Assembly: GCA_902597895.1 (NCBI GenBank)
Contig: CACJZM010000001.1
Location: 191,837-255,836 of the forward strand
Origin: an uncultured Pelagibacteraceae bacterium
Lineage (GTDB): Bacteria; Pseudomonadota; Alphaproteobacteria; Pelagibacterales; Pelagibacteraceae
Reading direction: 5' to 3'
Length of the DNA: 64,000 nt
Made by a program: the position numbers and the translations under genes. The notes under the pieces were generated by a model that saw only the letters and a program-made list of their open reading frames with translations, was not told the DNA's origin and did no database searches. Positions 39,747 to 49,293 of the stretch are shown here, piece by piece (the first letter of the stretch is position 1; each line of letters begins with the position of its first letter).

Positions 39747-39874
39747 TGAAAAAACAACATCTTCCCTTTAAAATTTGTGCAGTTTGTAAAAGACCTTTTT
39801 CGTGGCGAAAAAAATGGAAATTAAATTGGGAGCGAGTAAAATATTGTTCAAAGAAGTGTTCTAAGCTTAGCTAA
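39746..39874 (+). CDS. DUF2256 small cysteine-rich protein, 42 aa (not in ORF track)
   Basis: GTG start overlapping photolyase TAG; MKKQHLPFKICAVCKRPFSWRKKWKLNWERVKYCSKKCSKLS matches the DUF2256 pattern CxxCxRPFxWRKKW...YCSxxC. Confidence 0.9.
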   Translation: MKKQHLPFKICAVCKRPFSWRKKWKLNWERVKYCSKKCSKLS

Positions 39875-41009
39875 AAGATGAAATTATTTTAGGAATATAT
39901 TTTTTAAAATTAAAAAATCCTTTATTACAAAATTTCCATGAGTTTTGATCAAGTTTTCTGAAAAGAAATTCAATATTTTTTAATGAGTTTTGATTAATAT
40001 AATCCAAATTTTCACCTACTGTTGGATATAGGCAGTAACAACTCTCCAAATTTTTGATCTCATTAATATCAATTATTTTACAATCTATCGATTTATCTTC
40101 TAATCTTTTCCTCTGATCCTCAATTAAACTAGCCTTAAACTTAACTACATTTTCGCTGAGTTGAATATTTCTATTCTCATTTTTATTTACAACAAGTAGA
40201 ATTTTTCTAAATTTTTGATTAGCAAAGTCAGTGATTTCAAAAGATAAATTATTTTCAAAAACCAATAAGTCTTTATTCTCAAAATTTAGAGGATTTTCAA
40301 AAGTTTTATGTAGAATAGTATAATTTTTACCACTTATTTTTGGAGGCACATTTTCATTGAGTTTGATGTTTTGAAATCTATTATTGGTAAATTTTTTGAT
40401 ATTCCATTCACTTGCAAGATAATGCTTTCCTTGGGTTTGAATACCTGCAACCCAACGCCAGCCCAAAGTATTTGATGCAGTATCACCATCATATAGGTGT
40501 TGCATAAAAAGTTCTGCACCAAGTTGCCAAGGTAGTTCAAGAGTAAATATCCAAATACTTGCAAACCACATTCTCGTATGATTATGTAAATAATTATAGG
40601 TCTTTAATTCATTTACCCATTCATTAAAGCATTCAATTTTAGTATTTCCTTCAATGGCATCTAAATAATCTCTATTGTCTTTAAATTCTTCTTTGATTTT
40701 CTTTAAATCTATTAAGTAGTCATCCCATACTCCAGATCGAAGTTCCATCCACCCTTTCCAATATGTTCTCCATAGAATTTCTTGAATAAATTTTTCATTT
40801 TTTGAAAAAGAAAATTTATCTAGCGATTTTTTTATCACTTCTGTCTCATTAATGACTCCATGTGTTATGTATGGTGATAAGCATGAAGTATTTGATCTTT
40901 TATTGGGTCCAAAATCAAAATTTCTAAGCTTCGAATATTCTCCAAGATTATTTTCAACAAAATTTTCTAAGTTTCCAATAGCCGAAGCTCTTGTAGCTTT
41001 TAATTCCAT
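39867..41009 (-). CDS. Short photolyase with N-terminal FAD-binding domain (inverted-domain, NewPHL-like)
   Basis: Begins directly with YSKLRNFD, TSCLSPYITHG, KFIQEILWRTYWKGW, YLHNHTRMWFASIW, WRWVAG; divergent C-terminal domain. Confidence 0.85.
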   Translation of the reverse strand: MELKATRASAIGNLENFVENNLGEYSKLRNFDFGPNKRSNTSCLSPYITHGVINETEVIKKSLDKFSFSKNEKFIQEILWRTYWKGWMELRSGVWDDYLIDLKKIKEEFKDNRDYLDAIEGNTKIECFNEWVNELKTYNYLHNHTRMWFASIWIFTLELPWQLGAELFMQHLYDGDTASNTLGWRWVAGIQTQGKHYLASEWNIKKFTNNRFQNIKLNENVPPKISGKNYTILHKTFENPLNFENKDLLVFENNLSFEITDFANQKFRKILLVVNKNENRNIQLSENVVKFKASLIEDQRKRLEDKSIDCKIIDINEIKNLESCYCLYPTVGENLDYINQNSLKNIEFLFRKLDQNSWKFCNKGFFNFKKYIPKIISSFS

Positions 41010-41015
41010 TTTTTA

Positions 41016-42200
41016 TTATCTTAATTTTTTCTTATGAAAGTTAATAAATCTTTCAACGTTTGATTTATTGAAAGTTTTATTTTCCTCGAAAGAAACTTTT
41101 TTCATAGAGTAGGCACTACTAGATGTTTGTCGCGATTGAATTGTAATATTTCCCTTATAGAGTTTTAGTTTAACTGATCCATTTACTTTATTTCTTTTTA
41201 GATCGATTATTTTTTGAAGTTTAAATCTTTCCTTAGAATACCAATAACCATTATAAATAAGCTCTGCATATCTTGGCATAACCTCATCTTTTTTATGCAT
41301 TGTATCTTTATCTAAAGTTACAGACTCAATTGCTCTGTGTGCTGTTAGTAATAATGTACCACCAGGTGTTTCATAAACCCCTCTTGATTTTATTCCAATA
41401 AATCTATTTTCAACTAAATCCACTCTACCAATTCCATTCTTTCCAGCTAATTGATTAAGTTTATTCAAAACTTTTGCTGGAGATAATTTTTTTCCATTTA
41501 AGCCGACTGGATCCCCGTTCTTGTAATTGATTGTAATAAATGTTGGCTTGTTGGGGGCTCTTTCAGGTGAAGTTGTTCTTTGAAAAATAAACTCTGGAGC
41601 AGAATTTTTTGGATTTTCTAATAATTTACCTTCAGTTGAAGTATGAAACAAATTATCATCAACTGAGAAAGGAGGTGCACCTTTTTTATCTTTTGGAATT
41701 GGTATACCATATTTATTTGCATATCTTATTAATTCAGTTCTAGATTTTAATTTCCAAATTCTCCAAGGAGCTATAATTTTTATTTTTGGACCAAAGTAAT
41801 GATATCCAAGTTCAAATCTTACTTGGTCATTTCCTTTACCGGTTGATCCATGAGATACAGCATAAGCTTTAAATTTTTTAGCAACTCTAATTTGGTCTTT
41901 TGCTATCAAAGGCCTAGCGATTGATGTGCCTAACAAATAAGTACCTTCATAAATAGCATGACCTCTTATCATTGGGTAAACATAGTCTTTTACAAATACA
42001 TTCTTTAAATCTTTTATAATTATTTTTTTTACACCAAGTTTTTTTGCATTTTTAATAATTTTTTTTTTGTCAATTTCTTGACCGATATCAGCAGTGTAAC
42101 AAATCACCTCTGCATTATAATTTTCTTGAAGCCATTTAAGAATTATTGATGTGTCCAAGCCGCCTGAATAAGCTAAAACAATTCTTTTATTGGATTTCAT
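41016..42200 (-). CDS. argG: Argininosuccinate synthase
   Basis: LAYSGGLDTS, YLLGTSIARP, HGSTGKGNDQVRFE, KSRGVYETPGG. Confidence 0.98.
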   Translation of the reverse strand: MKSNKRIVLAYSGGLDTSIILKWLQENYNAEVICYTADIGQEIDKKKIIKNAKKLGVKKIIIKDLKNVFVKDYVYPMIRGHAIYEGTYLLGTSIARPLIAKDQIRVAKKFKAYAVSHGSTGKGNDQVRFELGYHYFGPKIKIIAPWRIWKLKSRTELIRYANKYGIPIPKDKKGAPPFSVDDNLFHTSTEGKLLENPKNSAPEFIFQRTTSPERAPNKPTFITINYKNGDPVGLNGKKLSPAKVLNKLNQLAGKNGIGRVDLVENRFIGIKSRGVYETPGGTLLLTAHRAIESVTLDKDTMHKKDEVMPRYAELIYNGYWYSKERFKLQKIIDLKRNKVNGSVKLKLYKGNITIQSRQTSSSAYSMKKVSFEENKTFNKSNVERFINFHKKKLR

Positions 42201-42208
42201 TTATTCAA

Positions 42209-42718
42209 TTAAGTGCAACTCTTTTTTGCTGCATTGTAAGCTTTCGTAAAACCTAATAGAGAATAGTGATCAATTGTTTGAGATCCTGATTTATTATATC
42301 CTGTAATCATAATTCTTGATCCTCTCTTCATAGTTTTAATCATTTTCTTTTCCATTTTATTACTAGCAATCCATGCAAAATTATCTTGGGTAATATCAAA
42401 TTTATATTTTGATTTACCTGAAGTTGCTAAAACGGAATTTTGGTTATTAAACTCGTATCCAGATGTTATACTTATCTCGTCAGAAATTTTGTCCTTTGGT
42501 CTAAAAGAAACAAATAGTCTTGCTTCTCTCTGTTTTGATTTGGGCGATTGAAGAACAGGTTTTGTTTGAGCATAACAAATAATTTCACTATCATTATTCA
42601 ATTTAATTACTTCCCAATCTTTAAACTTACCAATCTTTTTAAGTTCTTCACTATAAGCTGAGTTTGTTAATGAAAATATTACTATAAACAAAATTTTAAA
42701 TTTTTTAATTAAGGACAT
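42209..42718 (-). CDS. Invasion-associated locus B (IalB)-like exported protein
   Basis: Signal peptide; GKFKDW, CYAQTKP, TMKRG, DHYSLLGFTKAY. Confidence 0.75.
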   Translation of the reverse strand: MSLIKKFKILFIVIFSLTNSAYSEELKKIGKFKDWEVIKLNNDSEIICYAQTKPVLQSPKSKQREARLFVSFRPKDKISDEISITSGYEFNNQNSVLATSGKSKYKFDITQDNFAWIASNKMEKKMIKTMKRGSRIMITGYNKSGSQTIDHYSLLGFTKAYNAAKKSCT

Positions 42719-43749
42719 GGATTTGGATTAATTTTTTGAATTTCATTAATTTCTTTTAAAATTTCTTCATTTAGATCTACATTTACACTTTCTATATCAG
42801 TTTTCAACTGATCCATTGTTGTTGCGCCAATAATTACACTAGTTACAAACGGTTGTAATTCACAAAACTTTAAGCTCATTTGTGCAAAGTCTAATTTATA
42901 TTTTTTTGCAATATTATAATATTGTTCTGTAGCTTTTTTACCAGTTTCAGTTTGGTATCTTGGAAAATATTTTCCAAATAATTTCATTCTTGATTTATCT
43001 GGTAATTGTCCATTTCTATATTTTCCAGTTAAATATCCAAAAGCTAATGGAGAGTAAGCGAGTAAGCCACTTTGCTCTCTTATTGATATTTCAGCTAAAC
43101 TTACCTCATAAGTCCTATTTAATAAATTATAAGGATTTTGAACTGACATCATTCTAGGTAAATTTTTAATTTTAGATATTTCTAAAAATTTTGATAAACC
43201 CCATGCAGTTTCATTTGAAATACCTATATACCTAATTTTACCATCTTTAATTAAATCTTCAAAAATTTTTAATATATCTTCAAAATCATTCCAGTTTTTA
43301 TCCTGTTCTTTATGAACGTAACCCAGTCTCCCAAAGTAATTAGTTTTTCTTTCTGGCCAGTGCAATTGATATAAATCTATAAAATCAGTTTTTAATCTTT
43401 TTAAACTTTGATTAACTGCATCGGTTATATTTTTTTTATTATATTGATATTCACCATCTCTTATCCAGTCTAATCCAGGCCCTGCAATTTTTGTAGCTAA
43501 AATTACCTCATTTCTTTTTTTTGTTTTTTCAAACCAGCTTCCAATAATCTCTTCAGTTTTACCGTATGTATTTTTTTTGGGTGGTATTGGATAAAGTTCT
43601 GCAGTATCCCAAAAATTTACACCTTCACCCAAAGCGAAATCCATTTGTTCAAAACCCTCATTTTGAGTGTTTTGTTCACCCCAAGTCATTGTACCCAAAC
43701 ATATAGTACTGACGTCTAAATCTGTATTACCAAGCTTTTTATAGTTCAT
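42709..43749 (-). CDS. tas: Aldo/keto reductase (Tas family)
   Basis: LGTMTWGEQN, DTAELY, DLYQLHWPER, SNET, YSPL. Confidence 0.9.
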   Translation of the reverse strand: MNYKKLGNTDLDVSTICLGTMTWGEQNTQNEGFEQMDFALGEGVNFWDTAELYPIPPKKNTYGKTEEIIGSWFEKTKKRNEVILATKIAGPGLDWIRDGEYQYNKKNITDAVNQSLKRLKTDFIDLYQLHWPERKTNYFGRLGYVHKEQDKNWNDFEDILKIFEDLIKDGKIRYIGISNETAWGLSKFLEISKIKNLPRMMSVQNPYNLLNRTYEVSLAEISIREQSGLLAYSPLAFGYLTGKYRNGQLPDKSRMKLFGKYFPRYQTETGKKATEQYYNIAKKYKLDFAQMSLKFCELQPFVTSVIIGATTMDQLKTDIESVNVDLNEEILKEINEIQKINPNPCP

Positions 43750-43783
43750 ATTAATTAATTATTTGTCACATATATTTTGAATC

Positions 43784-43812
43784 CTTGAAAATATTATAAA
43801 ATATTATTATAT
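43784..43812 (+). promoter_or_regulatory. RpoH/sigma70-like promoter of BI-1/YccA gene
   Basis: CTTGAA-N16-ATTATAT-N7-ATG. Confidence 0.5.
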
Positions 43813-43819
43813 ATATTTA

Positions 43820-44578
43820 ATGGAATTTAATAGAGACAATATATTGAATAGATCAACTACAGCCAAAAAAACTGTAGTAATGGATGAAGGCTTAAGAGCC
43901 TACATGTTAAAAGTTTATAATTATATGGCAACAGGAGTTCTTTTAACTGGAATAATTGCAATGTTGTCTTTTAAAATGTCAGTTGTTACTGATGCATCGG
44001 GTGCTATTTCTGGTTTCACAAGTTTTGGTAACGCGTTATTTTTTTCAGGATTAAAATGGGTAGTAATGCTTGCCCCACTTGGAATTGTTTTTTACATGAG
44101 CTTTGGAATTAACAAGATGAGTGCTGCAAAAGCACAATCTGTTTTTTGGATATTTGCAGCTCTTATGGGGCTTTCTTTGTCGTGGATACTTTTGGTTTAC
44201 ACGGGTGTCAGTGTGGCTAGAGTTTTTTTTATAACATCTGCAACATTTGGCGCGATGAGTATATATGGCTATACAACTAAAAGAGATCTAACAAAAATGG
44301 GATCTTTTTTAATGATGGGTTTGATAGGTATTATTATTGCTTCAGTAGTAAACATTTTTATGAAGTCAACGATGATGTATTTTATTATATCAATTTTAGG
44401 GGTTTTAATTTTTGTAGGTTTAACTGCTTATGACACACAGAAAATTAAAAATATGTACGCTGCATCTGATACAGGTGAGTTAATGGGTAAAAAAGCTGTT
44501 ATGGGTGCATTAACATTATATCTAGATTTTATAAATTTGTTTATCATGTTATTAAGATTATTTGGTCAAAGAAGATAA
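43820..44578 (+). CDS. Bax inhibitor-1/YccA family membrane protein
   Basis: DEGLRAYMLKVYNYM, GYTTKRDL, AYDTQKIK, LYLDFINLF. Confidence 0.96.
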   Translation: MEFNRDNILNRSTTAKKTVVMDEGLRAYMLKVYNYMATGVLLTGIIAMLSFKMSVVTDASGAISGFTSFGNALFFSGLKWVVMLAPLGIVFYMSFGINKMSAAKAQSVFWIFAALMGLSLSWILLVYTGVSVARVFFITSATFGAMSIYGYTTKRDLTKMGSFLMMGLIGIIIASVVNIFMKSTMMYFIISILGVLIFVGLTAYDTQKIKNMYAASDTGELMGKKAVMGALTLYLDFINLFIMLLRLFGQRR

Positions 44579-44580
44579 AT

Positions 44581-44919
44581 TTACAATTTTTTCCAGTTTA
44601 TATTTCTAAGAAGATTTTCTAAGTTATCAGAATTTTTCAGTATTTCTCCTTTTGAGTCTGTAACAAGATATCTTAAGTTTTTATTGTTTGGCTTAAAGTT
44701 TTTACATATTTGATATTTTGCATTTTCAGTTGCATTTTTGAAGACACTAAAACCTACTTGTTTACTTGAAATATTTAATCCATAATCTTTCCAAGATCCT
44801 TCGGAGACCATTTTTGCATACAAATCTAATATTATTTTTAACTCTTTTTTTTCAAAAAAAAATTTTTTGTTTTGATCTAAGTAAACATTATTGACAACTA
44901 ATTTAAGGTTTTTAGTCAT
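44581..44919 (-). CDS. DUF2794 domain protein
   Basis: FEKKEL..IL.LYAKMVSEGSWKDY, FSVF, GEILK. Confidence 0.85.
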   Translation of the reverse strand: MTKNLKLVVNNVYLDQNKKFFFEKKELKIILDLYAKMVSEGSWKDYGLNISSKQVGFSVFKNATENAKYQICKNFKPNNKNLRYLVTDSKGEILKNSDNLENLLRNINWKKL

Positions 44920-45463
44920 TTAATTTAAATTTTGTTATTATAGATAATTGAAATGCTGTAAAAATAATAGTTATAGGCAAAATACCCCAAACTTTAAAAT
45001 TTACCCAAAATTCCTCAGATTGGGTTCTCCAAACTATTTCATTCAATATAGCCAATCCAAAGAAAAAATAAACCCATCTTAAATTTAAAATTTTCCACCC
45101 CTCATCTGATAATGATAATGATTTACCCAACATTTTTTTTAATAAAGGTTCATCTGTAAAAAATTTACTAACTAATAATCCAATTCCAAACAAAATGTTT
45201 ATTATTGTTGGTTTAATATATATAAAAATTGGATTATCGAAATATATCGTCAATCCACCAAATAAAGTTATAAATATTCCTCCTAGTAAAGGAACCATTG
45301 GTATTTTTTTTTCTAAAAACCAAACAATTACTAGAGCAATTATGGTTGCAACTATGAATGGAGGGATAGCTACAGTTAAATTTTTGTCACTTTTATAATA
45401 AAAAGTAAAAAAAACTAATAGTGGTCCAAAATCAGTGATAAATTTGATAAATGATTTATTCAC
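44912..45463 (-). CDS. yciB: Inner membrane-spanning protein YciB/IspZ
   Basis: DFGPLLVFF, FGGLTI, KPTI, NEIVWR, WVNFKVWG. Confidence 0.95.
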   Translation of the reverse strand: MNKSFIKFITDFGPLLVFFTFYYKSDKNLTVAIPPFIVATIIALVIVWFLEKKIPMVPLLGGIFITLFGGLTIYFDNPIFIYIKPTIINILFGIGLLVSKFFTDEPLLKKMLGKSLSLSDEGWKILNLRWVYFFFGLAILNEIVWRTQSEEFWVNFKVWGILPITIIFTAFQLSIITKFKLND

Positions 45464-45506
45464 TAGGATATATTAACATAATTACAAAACTTTAATATTT
45501 TTTTTA

Positions 45507-45533
45507 TTGATTTTTTCTTCTAAATACCCATAT
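45507..45533 (+). promoter_or_regulatory. RpoH (sigma32)-like promoter of hspQ
   Basis: TTGATT-N14-CCCATAT-N8-GTG. Confidence 0.6.
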
Positions 45534-45541
45534 TTACAATT

Positions 45542-45862
45542 GTGAGTATTCAAAAAGCAAAATTTTCAATTGGGGATATTGTAAAGCATAAACATTTCGA
45601 TTTTAGAGGTGTTATTTACGATGTTGATTTTGAATTTAATAACTCTGAGGAATGGTACCAATCAATACCGAAAAATGTAAGACCAAGAAAGGACCAGCCT
45701 TTTTACCATCTTTTAGCTGAGAATGAGGAGGTAACTTATGAGGCATATGTGTCTGAGCAAAATTTATTAGTGGATAAATCAGAAGAACCGATAAAACATC
45801 CTTTAATAAATGAGATTTTTTCAGGAAAAAAGGGTTCTAGCTATTTTAAACCCTCAAATTAA
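45542..45862 (+). CDS. hspQ: Heat shock protein HspQ
   Basis: AKFSIG..VKH..FDFRGVIYDVD, QPFYHLLAEN, AYVSEQNL, HP. Confidence 0.96.
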   Translation: MSIQKAKFSIGDIVKHKHFDFRGVIYDVDFEFNNSEEWYQSIPKNVRPRKDQPFYHLLAENEEVTYEAYVSEQNLLVDKSEEPIKHPLINEIFSGKKGSSYFKPSN

Positions 45863-45927
45863 TAGTAGTCAATATTCCAACACAATTAACACCAAACTTA
45901 GACATATCTTATAAGTATAATTAGTAT

Positions 45928-45994
45928 ATCTGATCAAGGATACTAATTAATTCCCTTATTTATCTCCCTCTAAAGTATTCTTGATCGGAATTTA
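45928..45994 (+). ncRNA. Candidate small RNA: 16-bp hairpin with 29-nt CU-rich (anti-SD) loop
   Basis: TATAAT at 45916-45921; stem TCTGATCAAGGATACT (45929-45944) pairs with AGTATTCTTGATCGGA (45974-45989) using two G-U wobbles valid only on the + strand; loop has UUCCCU and CUCCCU. Confidence 0.6.
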
Positions 45995-46044
45995 ATCAAA
46001 AAATATAAACAATTTAATTTTTTAATATATATATAACTTCTTAA

Positions 46045-46752
46045 ATGTTAAAAAATTTTGAACCTAATAAAATATTTGTAATTACATCAAAAGCACCAAA
46101 GTATGTTCTTGGTTTATTTTTTATAATTATTTTTATTGGTTTAATTGAAGCTTTAGTTCTTTCTCCAGAGGACTATCTACAAAGTCATTCTGTTAGAATA
46201 ATGTATGTTCACGTTCCATCAGCGTGGATATCTCTTGGAACGTTTTCTGCAATTGCGATATTATCTTTTTTAATATTATTTTTTAAAAATAAACCATCAA
46301 TATTAATTGCAAAAAGTTTAGCACCATCGGGATTAGTTTTTAGCATAATAGCATTGGTTACAGGTTCAATATGGGGCAAACCAACCTGGGGAACATGGTG
46401 GGCATGGGATGCAAGGATTACATCAATGTTAATATTGTGTTTATTTTACTTTATTTATATTGTTGCTTGGAGGATTTATCAGGACACAGAAAAAGTTAAT
46501 AAAGTCACTTCGTTTATCGCACTTATAGGTGCAGTAAATTTACCTATAGTTAAATACTCGGTTGATTGGTGGTCAACTTTACATCAGCCAGCATCAGTAA
46601 GTGTATTTGAAAAAACATCTATACACTACACTATGTTGATACCCTTAGCTTTAATGACTGCGGCATTTGCACTATTTTCACTTCTGATTTTTTTGATGAA
46701 ATATAATACAGAACTGATAAAAATAAAAAATAAAGGATTAGATAGATTATGA
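46045..46752 (+). CDS. ccmC: Heme exporter protein C
   Basis: IMYVHVP, TGSIWGKPTWGTWWAWDARITS, WWSTLHQ. Confidence 0.97.
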   Translation: MLKNFEPNKIFVITSKAPKYVLGLFFIIIFIGLIEALVLSPEDYLQSHSVRIMYVHVPSAWISLGTFSAIAILSFLILFFKNKPSILIAKSLAPSGLVFSIIALVTGSIWGKPTWGTWWAWDARITSMLILCLFYFIYIVAWRIYQDTEKVNKVTSFIALIGAVNLPIVKYSVDWWSTLHQPASVSVFEKTSIHYTMLIPLALMTAAFALFSLLIFLMKYNTELIKIKNKGLDRL

Positions 46753-46982
46753 TAAACGAAATTATCTTGATGAAGGGCTATGGTATATATGTTTGGTCTT
46801 CATTTTTATTTACTTTTGTGTGTTTTGGATCTTTATTTATGATTATAAAAGCTCAGTTGGTCAGAGAACAGTCCAAGTTTAATGAAAAATTTAAAACTTT
46901 AAATCCAGAAAAAAAGAAAACTGCTAGCGCCCAAGAAACATACAAAGGAATATTAGAAATTAATTCTACTTCAAAAATTTAA
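46749..46982 (+). CDS. ccmD: Heme exporter protein D
   Basis: [12 protein letters not shown] single TM helix; between ccmC and ccmE. Confidence 0.88.
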   Translation: MINEIILMKGYGIYVWSSFLFTFVCFGSLFMIIKAQLVREQSKFNEKFKTLNPEKKKTASAQETYKGILEINSTSKI

Positions 46983-46993
46983 TATTACTATTC

Positions 46994-47419
46994 ATGTATG
47001 GTAAAAAGGTTAAGTTAAGATTTATTTTTTTATCATCAATATTTTTAATATTAATTCTTTCTGTTTTTTTAATTTTAAAATCTCTAGAAGAAAATGTTGT
47101 ATATTTTATTTCACCATCAGAAATAAAAAGCTTAAATGAAATTGATAACAATAAAAAGATAAGAGTTGGTGGAATGGTGAAGAAAAACTCAATTCAAATG
47201 AATCAAAATACCATTAATTTTGTAATTACTGATTTTAAAAATGAAATAAATGTTATTTATTCAGGGGCTATTCCAAACTTATTTGGAGAGGGTAAAGGAG
47301 TTGTAGCAGAGGGCTTTCTAAATGATAGAAGTTACTTAAAAGCAAAAAAAATATTAGCAAAACATGATGAGAACTACATGCCACCCGAAGTTAAAGAGGC
47401 ATTGGAGGAAAAAAATTGA
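46994..47419 (+). CDS. ccmE: Cytochrome c maturation heme chaperone
   Basis: [32 protein letters not shown]. Confidence 0.97.
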   Translation: MYGKKVKLRFIFLSSIFLILILSVFLILKSLEENVVYFISPSEIKSLNEIDNNKKIRVGGMVKKNSIQMNQNTINFVITDFKNEINVIYSGAIPNLFGEGKGVVAEGFLNDRSYLKAKKILAKHDENYMPPEVKEALEEKN

Positions 47420-49293
47420 TTGCAAGTAAACTAGGATATTACTCTCTTTTGTTAGGTTTTGCTATCTCATCATTTTTACTTTTTTACTCACTTAATTCAT
47501 TTAAAAAAAAAAAATTGAGCATAGGGTCAAATTTAGTATCAGTGATGTCTATCCAACTATTTAGTGTTTTTTTAAGCTTTGTATCTTTAATTTATTGTTT
47601 TTTGATCTCTGATTTTAGTAATGAAACAGTTTATAATAATTCTCACACAACAAAGCCTATTTTCTACAAAATTTCAGGGTCCTGGGGAAATCATGAAGGG
47701 AGTTTGTTACTTTGGTTGTTAGTGCTTACTTTGTTTATTTTTTTATTTGTAATTTTTTCAAAAAAACAACCAATTAAATACAGATTTTTAACAATTTTTT
47801 TTCAACAACTAATAATCACTGGTTTTTTTTTATTTTTAATTTTAACTTCAAATCCATTTAATCTTTTACTGCCAGTACCTAAAGAAGGATTAGGTCTAAA
47901 TCCGATTTTACAAGATCCTGCTTTAGCCATTCATCCACCTATATTATATTTGGGATATGTAGGAACTTCCATTATATTTTCTGCATCTTTATCATCATTA
48001 GTAAATAAAAATGTTAATTCTGATTGGGCAAAACATGTAAAAAAATGGACATTGTTAACATGGGTTTTTTTAACTATTGGAATTTTACTTGGATCAATTT
48101 GGGCTTACTATGAATTAGGTTGGGGAGGTTTTTGGTTTTGGGACCCAGTTGAAAATGTTTCTCTGATACCTTGGTTATGTTTAACTGCACTTTTACATAC
48201 TTTAACTGTACTTGAAAAACGCAACCTTTTAAAATCATGGACAATGATATTATCAATTGCAACATTCACTTTTAGTATGAGCGGAACATTTTTAGTAAGA
48301 TCTGGTATATTAAATTCTGTTCATACTTTTGCAAATGATCCTGAAAGAGGAATATTTATACTGACATTTCTATTTATTCTTGTTTTTTTATCTGTGATAT
48401 TATTTTTTAGTTATCAGGAAAATGATAAAAATGCTCAAAATCAAATACACGTCTTTAGTAGAGAAACTTCAATTTTAGTTAACAACTGGTTTATGATGTA
48501 TTTTTTATCAGTAGTTTTGATAGGAACAATTTATCCAATTTTCATAGAAGTCTTAATCAACGAAAAGATATCTATCGGACCACCTTTTTATAACAAACTT
48601 TTAATTCCTTTTTTAATACCTTTCTTGATTTTTATGTCTATAGGACCGAATTTTAGATGGATAAAGGATAATTTTAAAAAAATTAATTATTTAAGAATAT
48701 TTTTATTTATAATTTGTTTATCTTTATCTTACTTTATAATTAAAGATACATCTTTAAGTATATTAATTTCTACAATATTCGGTGGATCTGCAATTTATTT
48801 GTTTTTAACAACAGTTAAAGATTTATTTAGAAAAAAATTACTTATTGCACAATCAATCTCTCATTTTGGATTTAGTTTATTTATATTAAGTATTTTGTTT
48901 AATTCTATATTTTCTAATGAATTTTCAGCAAATATGAAAATTGGAGAAGAGTTCAAATATAAGAATGAAAGTATTAAATTTTTAAATCTTAAAACATTTG
49001 AAAAAGATAACTACAAGTCTCTAGTTGCGAATTTTGAAATTGTTAATAGCAATAGCTCAGTATCTATGTTTCCTGAAGTTAGGATATATAATGAACCAAA
49101 TATTCTTACAAGTGAGGCAGATATTATTACATCAGTATTTGCAGATAAATTTATAGTAATGAATTTAATAAAAGGAGAAGAAATTTTTAATGTTAGATAC
49201 CAAACAAAACCTTTTATGATTTGGATTTGGATGTCTACAATTTTGATTGCCCTTGGGGGTTTGGTAAGTCTTTTTAAAAAAAAATATGAATAA
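47416..49293 (+). CDS. ccmF: Heme lyase CcmF
   Basis: [38 protein letters not shown]. Confidence 0.97.
   Translation: MIASKLGYYSLLLGFAISSFLLFYSLNSFKKKKLSIGSNLVSVMSIQLFSVFLSFVSLIYCFLISDFSNETVYNNSHTTKPIFYKISGSWGNHEGSLLLWLLVLTLFIFLFVIFSKKQPIKYRFLTIFFQQLIITGFFLFLILTSNPFNLLLPVPKEGLGLNPILQDPALAIHPPILYLGYVGTSIIFSASLSSLVNKNVNSDWAKHVKKWTLLTWVFLTIGILLGSIWAYYELGWGGFWFWDPVENVSLIPWLCLTALLHTLTVLEKRNLLKSWTMILSIATFTFSMSGTFLVRSGILNSVHTFANDPERGIFILTFLFILVFLSVILFFSYQENDKNAQNQIHVFSRETSILVNNWFMMYFLSVVLIGTIYPIFIEVLINEKISIGPPFYNKLLIPFLIPFLIFMSIGPNFRWIKDNFKKINYLRIFLFIICLSLSYFIIKDTSLSILISTIFGGSAIYLFLTTVKDLFRKKLLIAQSISHFGFSLFILSILFNSIFSNEFSANMKIGEEFKYKNESIKFLNLKTFEKDNYKSLVANFEIVNSNSSVSMFPEVRIYNEPNILTSEADIITSVFADKFIVMNLIKGEEIFNVRYQTKPFMIWIWMSTILIALGGLVSLFKKKYE

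Noticed and set aside
45929-45989. Hairpin read as the hspQ intrinsic terminator or a MITE/REP element
   Set aside because: It has a 29-nt loop, only a short U-run, lies 66 nt from the hspQ stop, has its own upstream TATAAT, and no second copy was seen; kept as an sRNA candidate instead
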